A stretch of 64,000 nucleotides of DNA from an uncultured Clostridia bacterium (GTDB lineage: Bacteria; Bacillota; Clostridia; TANB77; CAG-508). The notes beneath the pieces are model-generated. The model searched no databases. It saw nothing but the letters and a program-made list of their open reading frames with translations, and was not told where the DNA came from. The stretch covers positions 11,882 to 75,881 of the forward strand of contig CAKPIA010000006.1 of assembly GCA_934162205.1 (NCBI GenBank). The letters run 5' to 3'. Shown piece after piece: positions 41,074 to 51,422 of this stretch. The number at the start of each line of letters is the position of its first letter. The stretch's first letter is position 1. The position numbers were made by a program, and so were the translations under genes.

Positions 41074-41640
41074 ATGTTAGTATTATTATCTGGAGTATCA
41101 GGAGCAGGAAAAGATACAATAAAAAAAGAATTAATAAAAAGAGTGGCTAATGTAGAAACATTACCATCTATAACCTCTAGATCTCCTCGTCCAAATGAAG
41201 AAGAAGGAGTTCAATATCATTTTATATCAAAGGAAGAATTTGAAGAAAGAATAAAAAATGGTGAGTTTTATGAATATGATTTACACCATAATAATTATTA
41301 TGGAACTTCTAGAAAGATATTAAATGAGAAAATAGCAGGTGGAAAAATAATTGTAAAAGATATAGAAGTAAATGGAACAGAAAATTTATTAAAACTTCTA
41401 AAAGATGATGTTAAAATTGTAACTATTTTCTTAAAAGTAGATGAAGCAGAATTAAGAAAAAGATTACAAGAAAGAGGAGATTCTGAAGAAGATATCGAAT
41501 TAAGACTTGGAAGATTAGATTATGAAGAATCTAAAATGAATATATATGATTATGTTATAAAAAATAATGATTTTGAAAAAACAGTTCAAATTATTATGAC
41601 AATAATTCAAAATGAACAAAGATTAGAATCATATGAATAA
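41074..41640 (+). CDS. gmk: guanylate kinase (Gmk-like)
   Basis: LSGVSGAGKDT P-loop. SITSRSPRPNEEEGVQYHF matches Gmk TTR.PR.GE..G.DY.F. NNYYGT. Confidence 0.7.
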   Translation: MLVLLSGVSGAGKDTIKKELIKRVANVETLPSITSRSPRPNEEEGVQYHFISKEEFEERIKNGEFYEYDLHHNNYYGTSRKILNEKIAGGKIIVKDIEVNGTENLLKLLKDDVKIVTIFLKVDEAELRKRLQERGDSEEDIELRLGRLDYEESKMNIYDYVIKNNDFEKTVQIIMTIIQNEQRLESYE

Positions 41641-41648
41641 AAAAGTAT

Positions 41649-41690
41649 AAGAAACTAGAAACTTTCTAGTTTTCTTTTTTATTTACTAGA
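41649..41690 (+). terminator. rho-independent terminator (GAAACTAG/CTAGTTTTC stem, T-run)
   Basis: Hairpin followed by TTTTTTATTT after gmk. Confidence 0.55.
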
Positions 41691-41741
41691 TTTTTAAAAA
41701 TATTTAATATATAATATTCAAAGAATTAAAAAGGAGATAAA

Positions 41742-43976
41742 ATGGTAGCAGAAGTTATAATAAATAGTACAGCAAAAAAATTAAATAGAATATTTGATTA
41801 TAATATTCCAAAAGAATTAGAAGATTTAATAGTAGTTGGAAGTAAAGTTTTAGTACCTTTTGGAAATATGAAAAAGCTAGAAGAAGCATATGTTGTAGCA
41901 ATTAAAGAAAAATCAGAATTTAAAATAAAAGATATTGCTAAATTAGAAGAAAATCTAACAAATAATCAAATACAATTGGCTAGATGGATGGCAAAAAGAT
42001 ATTTTTGTAATGTATCAGATTGCATTAAACTTATGCTAACACCAGGAACAAGAACTAAAAACAAAGAAAATAGAATTCAAGATAAATTAATAAATTGTGT
42101 TTACTTAAAAAAAGATATTGAAGAGATTAATTTTGATATAGAAACAAATAAAATAAAATCAGAAAAACATAAGAGGGTATTAAACTTTTTAAAAGAAAAT
42201 GAAGGGTGTACAATACCAGATATAGAAATGTTTACAGATTGTTCTAGAGCTATTGTAAACACTTTAGTAAAAAATGGATATGTAGAAATTTTAGAACAAA
42301 AGATAGAAAGAAATCCATTAGCAAATAAAAAAATAGAAAGAACAGAAAATTTAAAGTTAACAAATGAGCAGGAAAACGCTTTTAATAAAATTTCTAATTC
42401 AATAAAAGACAATAAATATGAACAATATTTATTGTTTGGTGTTACAGGTTCTGGAAAGACAGAAGTATATCTTCAACTAATAAAAGAAGTAATAGAACAA
42501 AATAAAACTGCAATAGTATTAGTTCCAGAAATTTCACTTACACCACAAATGATAGATAGATTTATTAGTAGATTTGGTAAAGAAACAATAGCTGTTTTAC
42601 ATAGTAAATTATCAATTGGCGAAAGATATGATGAATGGAATAAAATAAAATCAGAAAAAGCCAAAATAGTTATAGGTGCTCGTTCTGCTATATTTGCTCC
42701 TCTTAAAAATATAGGTATAATTATAATAGATGAAGAACATGATAGTTCTTATAAATCAGAATCAACGCCAAAATATGATGCAAAAGAAATTGCAAACAAA
42801 TTGGCAAAAGAAAATAATTGTCCATTAGTTTTGGGTAGTGCTACTCCAGATTTAAAAACATATTATAATGCAATTAATGGAAATATAGAATTGTTAGAAT
42901 TACCAACTAGAGCAAATCATTCTAAATTACCACAAGTAACAGTAATAGATTTAAAACAAGAATTAGCCAATGGAAATAGATCAATGTTAAGTTTTGATTT
43001 ATATAATGCAATAGAAGAAAATTTAAAGAACAAAAAGCAGACAATTTTATTTTTAAATAGAAGAGGCTTTTCTACTTTTATAATGTGTAGAGATTGTGGG
43101 TATACTGTAAAATGTAAAAATTGTGATATAAGTTTAACATATCATAGATTCGAAAATAAATTAAAATGTCATTATTGTGGATATGAAGAACCTGTTGTAA
43201 AAATTTGTCCTAATTGTAATAGCAATAAAATTAGATATTTTGGAACAGGAACTCAAAAATTAGAAGAAGAAATAAATAAACAATTTCCAAATGCTAAAAC
43301 AATAAGAATGGATATAGATACAGTAACAAAGAAAAACTCTCACGAAGATATATTAAATAGTTTTAAAAATGATGGAATAGATATTTTAATAGGGACACAG
43401 ATGATTGTAAAAGGTCATCATTTTCCAAATGTAACTTTAGTTGGAGTTATGGCAGCTGATAGTAGTTTAAATATTGATGATTATAGAGCAAATGAAAGAA
43501 CATTTCAAATATTAACACAAGTAGCGGGAAGAGCAGGAAGAGAAAGCGATGATGGAAAAGTAATTATACAAACATATAATCCAGATAGTTTTGCTATTCA
43601 AACTGCAAAACAACAGAATTATAATATGTTTTTTAATACAGAAATAGCATTAAGAAAACAGTTGAAATATCCACCTTTTTGCGATATAATATTAATTAGC
43701 TTTAATAGTACAAGAGAAGATGAAATTGCTAGTATAAGTAATAAATCATATGAATATTTAAAAGAAAAAATGGAAAATACAGGATTTAATGTATTTAAAC
43801 CAGTACCATCTCCAATAGATAGAATACAAAATAAATTTAGATGGAGAATTATTTTAAAAGGAAATATGACACAAGAAGTAAATGAGATTTTAAATGATTA
43901 CTTAAAGAAGGTTTATGATAAAAATTTAAGAAACACAAAAATATCAATAGATGTAAATCCAAATAATATGATGTAA
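41742..43976 (+). CDS. priA: primosomal protein N' (replication restart helicase PriA)
   Basis: Walker A GVTGSGKTEVY. DEEH box. Two Cys4 zinc fingers (CRDCGY..CKNCD, CHYCGY..CPNC). 744 aa. Confidence 0.9.
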   Translation: MVAEVIINSTAKKLNRIFDYNIPKELEDLIVVGSKVLVPFGNMKKLEEAYVVAIKEKSEFKIKDIAKLEENLTNNQIQLARWMAKRYFCNVSDCIKLMLTPGTRTKNKENRIQDKLINCVYLKKDIEEINFDIETNKIKSEKHKRVLNFLKENEGCTIPDIEMFTDCSRAIVNTLVKNGYVEILEQKIERNPLANKKIERTENLKLTNEQENAFNKISNSIKDNKYEQYLLFGVTGSGKTEVYLQLIKEVIEQNKTAIVLVPEISLTPQMIDRFISRFGKETIAVLHSKLSIGERYDEWNKIKSEKAKIVIGARSAIFAPLKNIGIIIIDEEHDSSYKSESTPKYDAKEIANKLAKENNCPLVLGSATPDLKTYYNAINGNIELLELPTRANHSKLPQVTVIDLKQELANGNRSMLSFDLYNAIEENLKNKKQTILFLNRRGFSTFIMCRDCGYTVKCKNCDISLTYHRFENKLKCHYCGYEEPVVKICPNCNSNKIRYFGTGTQKLEEEINKQFPNAKTIRMDIDTVTKKNSHEDILNSFKNDGIDILIGTQMIVKGHHFPNVTLVGVMAADSSLNIDDYRANERTFQILTQVAGRAGRESDDGKVIIQTYNPDSFAIQTAKQQNYNMFFNTEIALRKQLKYPPFCDIILISFNSTREDEIASISNKSYEYLKEKMENTGFNVFKPVPSPIDRIQNKFRWRIILKGNMTQEVNEILNDYLKKVYDKNLRNTKISIDVNPNNMM

Positions 43977-43997
43977 AAAGTTAGGGGGAAAAATACA

Positions 43998-44495
43998 ATG
44001 GCAATTAGACAAATAAGACAAGAAGGAGACGAAATATTAAAAAAGAAATCAAGAGAAGTAGAAGTTATTGATGACAAAATTCAAGAATTAATTGATGATA
44101 TGATTGAAACAATGCATAAGTTTAATGGGGTAGGACTTGCTGCTGTACAAGTTGGTGTATTAAAAAGAGTAGTTGTTATTGATTTATATGATGATAATGG
44201 AGTTCTAGTTTTAATAAATCCAGAAATAAAAAAAGAAAAGGGAGAACAAGAAGTAGAGGAAGGATGTTTAAGTTTTCCAAATCAATTTGCTAAAATAATA
44301 AGACCTATGGAAGTTACAGTAGAAGCATTAGACAGAGATGGTAAAAAAATAAAAGTAAAAGGAAAAGAATTGTTAGCTCAAGCTATGAGTCATGAAGTAG
44401 ATCATCTAAATGGAGAATTATTTATAGATAAAATAATTCCAGGAACTTTAGAATATATTGAACCTGAAGATAATAGTAAATCAAGGAGGAAATAA
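43998..44495 (+). CDS. def: peptide deformylase
   Basis: [17 protein letters not shown] and HEVDHLNG motifs. Confidence 0.9.
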   Translation: MAIRQIRQEGDEILKKKSREVEVIDDKIQELIDDMIETMHKFNGVGLAAVQVGVLKRVVVIDLYDDNGVLVLINPEIKKEKGEQEVEEGCLSFPNQFAKIIRPMEVTVEALDRDGKKIKVKGKELLAQAMSHEVDHLNGELFIDKIIPGTLEYIEPEDNSKSRRK

Positions 44496-44496
44496 A

Positions 44497-45441
44497 TTGA
44501 AAATAGTTTTTATGGGAACACCAGACTTTGCTAAAGAGTCTTTAGAAGCTATATATAATGAAGGATATGATATAGAAGCGGTTGTAACAAATCCGGATAA
44601 ACCAAAAGGAAGAGGAATGAAAATGATTGCATCACCTGTAAAGGAATTTGCAATTGAAAAAAATTTAAAAATATATCAACCTGTAAAAGTAAGAAATAAT
44701 ACAGAATTCATTGATGAACTTAAAAAAATTAATCCAGATGTTATATGTGTTGTAGCATATGGAAAAATATTACCCAAAGAAATATTAGAAATTGCAAAAT
44801 ATGGTTGTATTAATGTTCATGGATCACTCTTACCACAATACAGAGGAGCAGCTCCTATTCAATGGGCTGTACTTAATGGAGATAAGACAACAGGAATAAC
44901 TACAATGTATATGGATGAAGGAATGGACACAGGAGATATTATTTTAAAAAGAGAAGTTGAAATTGGAGAGAATGAAACAACAGGAGAATTGTGGGATAAG
45001 CTTTCTAAAATTGGTGGAGAATTATTAGTAGAAACTTTAAAAAATATAGAAAATGGAACTGCACCAAGAGAAAAACAAGGCGAAAATTTTACAATGGCAC
45101 CAATGTTAAATAAAGATATGGCAAAAATTAATTGGGAAGATAAAAACTCTGAAGAAATCAAAAATTTAGTTAGAGGATTAAATCCAATTATGGGAGCTTA
45201 TAGTTTTATAGATAATAAAAAAGTTAAATTTTGGAAAGTAGAAAAATTAGAATTGCCACTAGACAAACAAACTTTAAAAAATGGAACTGTAATAATATCA
45301 GATTCAAAACAAGGATTACAAATTAAAGCTAAAGATGGAATTATAAATGTAATTGAAATCCAAGGAGAAAATGCTAGAAAGATGGGCATTGGCGATTATT
45401 TAAGAGGAAATAATATAGAAGTAGGAAAAGTATTTGAATAG
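44497..45441 (+). CDS. fmt: methionyl-tRNA formyltransferase
   Basis: (L)KIVFMGTPDFA start, HGSLLP motif. TTG start 6 nt after AAGGAGG (the ORF track began further upstream in frame). Confidence 0.9.
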   Translation: MKIVFMGTPDFAKESLEAIYNEGYDIEAVVTNPDKPKGRGMKMIASPVKEFAIEKNLKIYQPVKVRNNTEFIDELKKINPDVICVVAYGKILPKEILEIAKYGCINVHGSLLPQYRGAAPIQWAVLNGDKTTGITTMYMDEGMDTGDIILKREVEIGENETTGELWDKLSKIGGELLVETLKNIENGTAPREKQGENFTMAPMLNKDMAKINWEDKNSEEIKNLVRGLNPIMGAYSFIDNKKVKFWKVEKLELPLDKQTLKNGTVIISDSKQGLQIKAKDGIINVIEIQGENARKMGIGDYLRGNNIEVGKVFE

Positions 45442-45493
45442 ATCTTTGAAAAGTAAATAAAAATATTACTAATTATTTAAAAATAGTTGTAAA

Positions 45494-45537
45494 AAATAAA
45501 AAAGATTGATATACTTATACTACAAAAAAAGTATATC
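45494..45537 (+). terminator. rho-independent terminator (12-bp stem ATTGATATACTT/AAGTATATCAAT, T6)
   Basis: Perfect inverted repeat plus TTTTTTAT after fmt. Confidence 0.7.
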
Positions 45538-45563
45538 AATTTTTTATTTAGGAGGTAAAAAAT

Positions 45564-46031
45564 ATGGAAGAAAATAATAATGAGGAAGTATTAGAAATAA
45601 AAGAGGAAACATCTACAGAAAATGAAGGTGTTAAAATATCAAATGATGTAATTGCAGTTATAGCAGGTGTTGCAGTATCAGAGGTACAAGGCGTTGCAAG
45701 TATGTCAGGAGGCTTTGCAGGAGGTATTTCAGAAGTTTTAAGTGGAAAGAAAAATTTAGCAAAAGGTATAAAAGTAGAAGCAGGAGAAAAGGAAGCTAAA
45801 ATAGATGTTAATATTGTAGTTGAATATGGTACAAGAATACCAGATGTTGCATTTGAAATACAAAACAGAGTAAAAAAAGCAGTAGAAAATATGACAGGTT
45901 TAAAAGTAGAAGAAGTAAATGTACATGTGCAAGGTGTAAATACAGCTACAGTAGAATCTAAAGAAGATGTAAAAGAAGAAACTAAACAAGAAGAAAATGT
46001 AGATAGTCAAGAAGAAAATAGTGAAAATTAG
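45564..46031 (+). CDS. Asp23/Gls24-family alkaline shock protein
   Basis: ISNDVIAVIAGVAVSEVQGVASMSGG typical Asp23 N-terminus. 155 aa. Confidence 0.8.
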   Translation: MEENNNEEVLEIKEETSTENEGVKISNDVIAVIAGVAVSEVQGVASMSGGFAGGISEVLSGKKNLAKGIKVEAGEKEAKIDVNIVVEYGTRIPDVAFEIQNRVKKAVENMTGLKVEEVNVHVQGVNTATVESKEDVKEETKQEENVDSQEENSEN

Positions 46032-46039
46032 TAATAAAG

Positions 46040-46609
46040 ATGGGAGAAAATAAAATGAAATTTATAGAAAAAATTGTACTAAATATATACTCAATAATTA
46101 TGTTAGTAATATCATTAGTTTTATGCTTATTAGTATTTGGATGGGTTGATATAGAAATAATAGGAAATATGATATCAAAAGTGCTATTTAATTCAGTATA
46201 CTCAAATATAGTTTTAGGAGTAAGTATTTTATTTATTTTATTATCACTTATATGTATATTTTTTGATTCTTCAAAAGAAAGTCAAAAAGATAAACAAGGA
46301 GTTTTATTACAAAACGAAAATGGTAAACTTATGATATCAAAAGATACGTTAGAAAATTTAGTAAATACAGTAGCAAAAGATTTTGATAGTGCAGAAGAAA
46401 TTACAACTAATGTAAGTTTAGATGCAGAAAATAATGTTACAGTATATGTTAATTTAGTAGTAAGCCAGAATGCAGTAATAAAAGAATTATCTGCTAATTT
46501 ACAACAAAAAATAAAAGAAGCTATAAAAAACGCTTCAGATTTAGAAGTAAAAGAAGTAAATATTAAAGTAAAAAATATTGCTCCAAAAAAGGAAGTAGCA
46601 AAAGAATAA
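46040..46609 (+). CDS. Asp23-like membrane-anchor protein (AmaP-like)
   Basis: N-terminal TM helices followed by an Asp23-like domain. Position next to asp23. Confidence 0.55.
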   Translation: MGENKMKFIEKIVLNIYSIIMLVISLVLCLLVFGWVDIEIIGNMISKVLFNSVYSNIVLGVSILFILLSLICIFFDSSKESQKDKQGVLLQNENGKLMISKDTLENLVNTVAKDFDSAEEITTNVSLDAENNVTVYVNLVVSQNAVIKELSANLQQKIKEAIKNASDLEVKEVNIKVKNIAPKKEVAKE

Positions 46610-46631
46610 ATAATAGAAGGGAGCTATAAAT

Positions 46632-46835
46632 ATGAACGATATAAAAGAATTTATAAAAAATTATAGAGGTGCAATAATTGGTATTATAATTGCTATATTA
46701 ATTCTTCTTACAAATTTATATAAATTAATTATTGCTATAATTTTAATAGTAATAGGAGCATTTGTTGGAAATTATGTTCAACAAAACAAATATGATGTAA
46801 AAGAAAAAATAAAAAAATTTATAGATAGAATGTAG
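46632..46835 (+). CDS. small membrane protein (DUF2273-like)
   Basis: 67 aa, two hydrophobic segments, in the asp23 cluster as in staphylococcal asp23 operons. Confidence 0.5.
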   Translation: MNDIKEFIKNYRGAIIGIIIAILILLTNLYKLIIAIILIVIGAFVGNYVQQNKYDVKEKIKKFIDRM

Positions 46836-46849
46836 TAAAAGGAGCAAAA

Positions 46850-47260
46850 ATGAATAGATCAGCAATTAGAGAATTAACTTTTAGGCTTATATATAGTATG
46901 GAAATTCAAAAAGAAACAAATATAGAAGAACAAGTAGATTTATATATAGAAAGCAACAATATAGATGATGAAAATGCTAAAGAATATATAAAAGATGTTA
47001 TATTCGGTATTAATTCAAATGTAGAAGAAATAACAGAATTAATAGAAAAACATTTAAAATCTGATTGGAAAATAGATAGAATTTCTAAAATTGATTTAAG
47101 TCTATTAAAATTAGCAATTTATGAAATAAAATATAAAGAAATACCATATAAAGTTGCAATAAATGAAGCTATTGAATTGGCCAAAAAATATGGCGAAGAT
47201 AATTCAAAAAACTTCGTAAATGGAGTTTTAGCAAGTGTTGTAAAAGAGTTAGATATATAG
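46850..47260 (+). CDS. nusB: transcription antitermination factor NusB
   Basis: 136 aa. N-terminal [14 protein letters not shown]-terminal ...[10 protein letters not shown]. Confidence 0.85.
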   Translation: MNRSAIRELTFRLIYSMEIQKETNIEEQVDLYIESNNIDDENAKEYIKDVIFGINSNVEEITELIEKHLKSDWKIDRISKIDLSLLKLAIYEIKYKEIPYKVAINEAIELAKKYGEDNSKNFVNGVLASVVKELDI

Positions 47261-47272
47261 GAGTTAATAGTA

Positions 47273-48463
47273 ATGAAATATAATGCAGTATCAGTAACTG
47301 ATTTAAATAAATATATAAAAGATAAATTTGAATCTGATGAACTATTAACTGATATATTGGTAAAGGGAGAAATATCAAATTTTAAAAGCCATTACACAGG
47401 ACATCTTTATTTTACATTAAAAGATGAAAATTCTTTAATTAAATGTATAATGTTTAAAAGTTATGCAGAAAGATTAAAATTTAATGCAAAAGATGGAATG
47501 AAAGTAATGGTTTTTGGCACTGTTTCTGTTTTTGAACGTGATGGTGTATATCAAATATATGTAAAAGCAATGCAAGAAGATGGTTTAGGTGATTTATATA
47601 CTAAATATGAAGAATTAAAGAAAAACTTAGAACAAGAAGGACTTTTTGATATAAGCCATAAAAAGAAAATACCACAAATGCCTAAAGTTATTGGTGTTTT
47701 AACATCACAAACTGGATCTGTTATAAGAGATATAATTAATGTTTCTACAAGAAGAAATCCAAATGTATATATACGATTACTACCAGTTCCAGTTCAAGGA
47801 CAAGGTGCAGCAGAGAAAATTGCAAAAGGAATTCAATTAATGAACGAAAAAAAACTTGCAGATGTATTAATTTTAGCAAGAGGTGGAGGTTCATTAGAAG
47901 ATTTGTGGCCATTTAATGAAGAAATCGTTGCAAGAGAAATTTATAATTCGGAAATCCCTATAATATCAGCAGTAGGACATGAAACAGATTTTACAATAGC
48001 AGATTTTGTAGCAGATTTAAGGGCACCAACCCCATCTGCAGCAGCGGAATTAGCAGTATCAGATATTTATGAATTAAATGATAAAATAAATTTATATAAT
48101 AAAAGATTAAGATTAGCATTAAAAAAGAAAACAGAATTAATGAGATTAAGATATGAAAAATGCATGACAAGTAGGGTGTTTAAAGATCCATTAAAAAATA
48201 TAAATGACAATTATTTAATAATTGATAATTATATTAAGAGTCTAGTAAATAGCATTAGAATGAAGCAAAAGGATTCATCATCAAAATATATAGAACTGGT
48301 AACAAAACTAGATACTTTAAGCCCATTAAAAACTTTAACAAGAGGATATAGTTTAACAGAGATGAATGGAAAAATTATAAAAAGTTCTAAAAGTTTAAAA
48401 CAAGAAGATGAAATAGATATTAAATTTTATGATGGAACAAGAAAAGCAAAAGTAATAGAATAA
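47273..48463 (+). CDS. xseA: exodeoxyribonuclease VII large subunit
   Basis: OB-fold N-terminus (VKGEISNFKSHYTGHLYFTLKDE). Catalytic core. 396 aa. Confidence 0.9.
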   Translation: MKYNAVSVTDLNKYIKDKFESDELLTDILVKGEISNFKSHYTGHLYFTLKDENSLIKCIMFKSYAERLKFNAKDGMKVMVFGTVSVFERDGVYQIYVKAMQEDGLGDLYTKYEELKKNLEQEGLFDISHKKKIPQMPKVIGVLTSQTGSVIRDIINVSTRRNPNVYIRLLPVPVQGQGAAEKIAKGIQLMNEKKLADVLILARGGGSLEDLWPFNEEIVAREIYNSEIPIISAVGHETDFTIADFVADLRAPTPSAAAELAVSDIYELNDKINLYNKRLRLALKKKTELMRLRYEKCMTSRVFKDPLKNINDNYLIIDNYIKSLVNSIRMKQKDSSSKYIELVTKLDTLSPLKTLTRGYSLTEMNGKIIKSSKSLKQEDEIDIKFYDGTRKAKVIE

Positions 48464-48466
48464 GGA

Positions 48467-48946
48467 GTGGTAAATTTGAATAATAAAATAAAAAATGTAA
48501 TAATTGTAATTATTTTTTCATTAATATTTAGTATATCACTTATTATGATTTTAGATAGAAAAGATTCTTCAATAGATCAAAACTTAGTAAAAATAGAAAA
48601 TGAAAATGTAGTTAATAATACAGTTAAAAATCAAATAACAAGTAATAATACTCTAAAAGAAGAGAATAATATTGATGCAAACAATATAAACGAAAATACA
48701 ACATCAAATGTTATAGGAAAAGAAGAAACTAATTCTGAAAAAGAAGAGGATTCATCACAAAATAAAGAAGAAAAAGCAATTAATTTAGTAAAAAAAGAAT
48801 GGGGAAGTGATGATGATTCTGTATATTTTAATATAGCAAATAAAAATGGTAATAAATATACAATATCAGTAAATAGTAGTGAAACAACAGAAGCAATTGC
48901 TTGGTATGATGTTGATTTAGATACAGAAAAAGTAACATCAAATTAA
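48467..48946 (+). CDS. hypothetical membrane-anchored protein between xseA and xseB
   Basis: N-terminal TM (VIIVIIFSLIFSISLIMIL), then an N/E-rich ectodomain. No recognised domain. Confidence 0.5.
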   Translation: MVNLNNKIKNVIIVIIFSLIFSISLIMILDRKDSSIDQNLVKIENENVVNNTVKNQITSNNTLKEENNIDANNINENTTSNVIGKEETNSEKEEDSSQNKEEKAINLVKKEWGSDDDSVYFNIANKNGNKYTISVNSSETTEAIAWYDVDLDTEKVTSN

Positions 48947-48967
48947 TGATATATAGGAAGGTAAAAA

Positions 48968-49198
48968 ATGAAGGAAGAAAATAATTTTGAAGAAAAAATG
49001 AAAGATTTAGAAAATTTAGTTACTGAACTTGAAAAAGGAGATTTAAATTTAGATGAATCTGTAAATAAATTTGAAGAAGGTATGAAATTATCTAAAGAAT
49101 GTAATGATATTTTGCAAAAAGCAGAAAAAAGAATATCAATTCTTCTTGAAAAAGATGGAGATATTACAGAAAAAGATTTTAACAATAATGAAGATTAG
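48968..49198 (+). CDS. xseB: exodeoxyribonuclease VII small subunit
   Basis: 76-aa helical protein, FEEKMKDLENLVTELEKGDLNLDESVNKFEEGMKL, classic XseB. Confidence 0.85.
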   Translation: MKEENNFEEKMKDLENLVTELEKGDLNLDESVNKFEEGMKLSKECNDILQKAEKRISILLEKDGDITEKDFNNNED

Positions 49199-49218
49199 GA
49201 GATAAATAAAAGGGTAAG

Positions 49219-49659
49219 ATGGAATATTTAATTAACTTTATACAAAATAAATATATATATATACCATTACTTTCATGGTTTGGTATACAAACATTTAAAG
49301 TGATATATGATTTAGTTACAACAAAGAAATTTAATTTTAAAAGAATATTAGGTGCTGGTGGAATGCCAAGTTCTCATTCAGCTGTTGTTATGAGTTTAAC
49401 TACTTTAATAGGAAAAAATTATGGATTAGACAGTGCAATTTTCGCTATATCTTTAATATTTTCTTTTGTAGTTATGTATGATGCTGCTGGAGTAAGAAGA
49501 GCTGCTGGAAAACAAGCATCAATATTAAATAAAATAGTAGAGACACCTGGATTGTCAGGAGTAGAGGTTTCAGAGAGATTAGCAGAAGCATTAGGTCATA
49601 CTCCTTTACAAGTATTGGTAGGAGCAATAATTGGTATAATAATGGGATGTATCTTTTAA
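49219..49659 (+). CDS. divergent PAP2-family membrane protein (acid phosphatase/vanadium haloperoxidase-related, DUF212-like)
   Basis: GGMPSSHSA and YDAAGVRRAAG motifs. 146 aa. Confidence 0.7.
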   Translation: MEYLINFIQNKYIYIPLLSWFGIQTFKVIYDLVTTKKFNFKRILGAGGMPSSHSAVVMSLTTLIGKNYGLDSAIFAISLIFSFVVMYDAAGVRRAAGKQASILNKIVETPGLSGVEVSERLAEALGHTPLQVLVGAIIGIIMGCIF

Positions 49660-49674
49660 AAGAGGGTGAAATTT

Positions 49675-51336
49675 ATGACAGATATAGAGATTGCAAGAAA
49701 TACAAAATTAGATAATATAGTAGATGTTGCAAAAAATATAAATATAAATGAAGATGATTTAGAATTATATGGAAAATATAAAGCAAAAATATCAAATGAT
49801 TTATATAATAAAATTGAAAAAAATAAAAATGGTAAATTAGTATTAGTAACAGCAATTAGTCCAACACCATTAGGAGAAGGAAAGACAACAATATCAATTA
49901 GTATAGCAGATGGACTAAAAAAAATTGGGAAAAAATCAATATTAGCTTTAAGAGAGCCATCATTAGGACCTGTATTTGGAATTAAAGGTGGAGCAACAGG
50001 CGGAGGTAGAGCTCAAGTAGCACCTATGGAAGATATAAATTTACACTTTACAGGTGATATTCATGCAATAACATCTGCAAATAATTTATTATCTGCATTA
50101 ATAGATAATCATATATTTTCAGGAAATAGTTTAGAAATTGAAAAAGTTATTTGGAAAAGATGTGTTGACTTAAATGATAGACAATTAAGAAAAGTCCAAA
50201 CTGGTTTATCTGGCGAAAAAAATATGCAACCACGTGAAGATTCATTTGATATAACTGTTGCTTCAGAAATAATGGCTATTTTGTGTTTATCAAAAGATTT
50301 AATTGACTTAAAGAAAAGGGTTGGAAATATAGTTATAGGATATAACAAAAAAGGAGAACCTGTATATGCTAAAGATTTAAAGGCAGAAGGAAGTATTGCT
50401 GTCTTATTAAAAGATGCAATAAAACCAAATTTAGTACAAACCTTAGAACATACACCTTGTTTAATACATGGAGGACCTTTTGCAAACATTGCACATGGAT
50501 GTAATAGCATAATTGCGACTAAACTTGCTTTAAAATTAGCAGATTATGCAGTAACAGAAGCAGGATTCGGGGCTGATTTAGGTGCAGAAAAATTTTTAAA
50601 TATAAAATGTAGACAAGCAGAAATAAAACCTGATGTAGTTGTATGTGTTGCAACACTTAAAGCTCTTAAATATCATGGTGGAGTTGAAAAAGATAAAATT
50701 CAAGAAGAGAATATAGAAGCTCTTGAAAAAGGCATGAATAATTTATACAAACATATAGAAAACATAAAAGATAAATTTGGATTAAATGTTATAGTAGCAT
50801 TAAATAAATATAGTAAAGATAGTCAAAGAGAAATAGAATATTTAAAAAATAAATTAAATGAAAAACAAATAGAATTAAGTCTTGTAGAAGGTTGGGAAAA
50901 AGGCTCTGATGGAGCAATAGATATAGCAAATAAAATTGTTGAATTATCAGAGAAAGAAGAAAAATTTACATACACTTATGAATTACAAGATGATGTAAAA
51001 ACAAAAATAGAAAAAGTTACTTCTGAAATATATGGAGCCAAATCTGTTATATACGAAGATCAAGCTATAGAAAATATTGAAAAAATAGAAAAAATGGGAT
51101 ATGGAAATTTACCAATTTGTATAGCTAAAACACAATATTCTTTTTCTGATAATGCAAAAAATCTAGAATGTGATGATGATTTTAGTATAACAGTAAGAAA
51201 TGTAGAATTAAAATTAGGAGCAGGTTTTATAGTAATTTTAGCAGGTAAAATCATGACAATGCCAGGACTTCCTAAAGTGCCAGCAGCAGAAAATATAGAT
51301 ATAGATGATAATGGAAATATTATAGGAATTTTTTAA
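49675..51336 (+). CDS. fhs: formate--tetrahydrofolate ligase
   Basis: PTPLGEGKTTISI P-loop. About 554 aa. Start placed at the ATG 8 nt after AGAGGG (the ORF track began at a GTG inside the RBS). Confidence 0.93.
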   Translation: MTDIEIARNTKLDNIVDVAKNININEDDLELYGKYKAKISNDLYNKIEKNKNGKLVLVTAISPTPLGEGKTTISISIADGLKKIGKKSILALREPSLGPVFGIKGGATGGGRAQVAPMEDINLHFTGDIHAITSANNLLSALIDNHIFSGNSLEIEKVIWKRCVDLNDRQLRKVQTGLSGEKNMQPREDSFDITVASEIMAILCLSKDLIDLKKRVGNIVIGYNKKGEPVYAKDLKAEGSIAVLLKDAIKPNLVQTLEHTPCLIHGGPFANIAHGCNSIIATKLALKLADYAVTEAGFGADLGAEKFLNIKCRQAEIKPDVVVCVATLKALKYHGGVEKDKIQEENIEALEKGMNNLYKHIENIKDKFGLNVIVALNKYSKDSQREIEYLKNKLNEKQIELSLVEGWEKGSDGAIDIANKIVELSEKEEKFTYTYELQDDVKTKIEKVTSEIYGAKSVIYEDQAIENIEKIEKMGYGNLPICIAKTQYSFSDNAKNLECDDDFSITVRNVELKLGAGFIVILAGKIMTMPGLPKVPAAENIDIDDNGNIIGIF

Positions 51337-51422
51337 ATTAATAAAAAAAGTATTGTAAAATAAAAAAGTGTACAAAATAAATAAAGATAAAAACAAGGAA
51401 AAAATACAAAGGAGCAAAAAGT

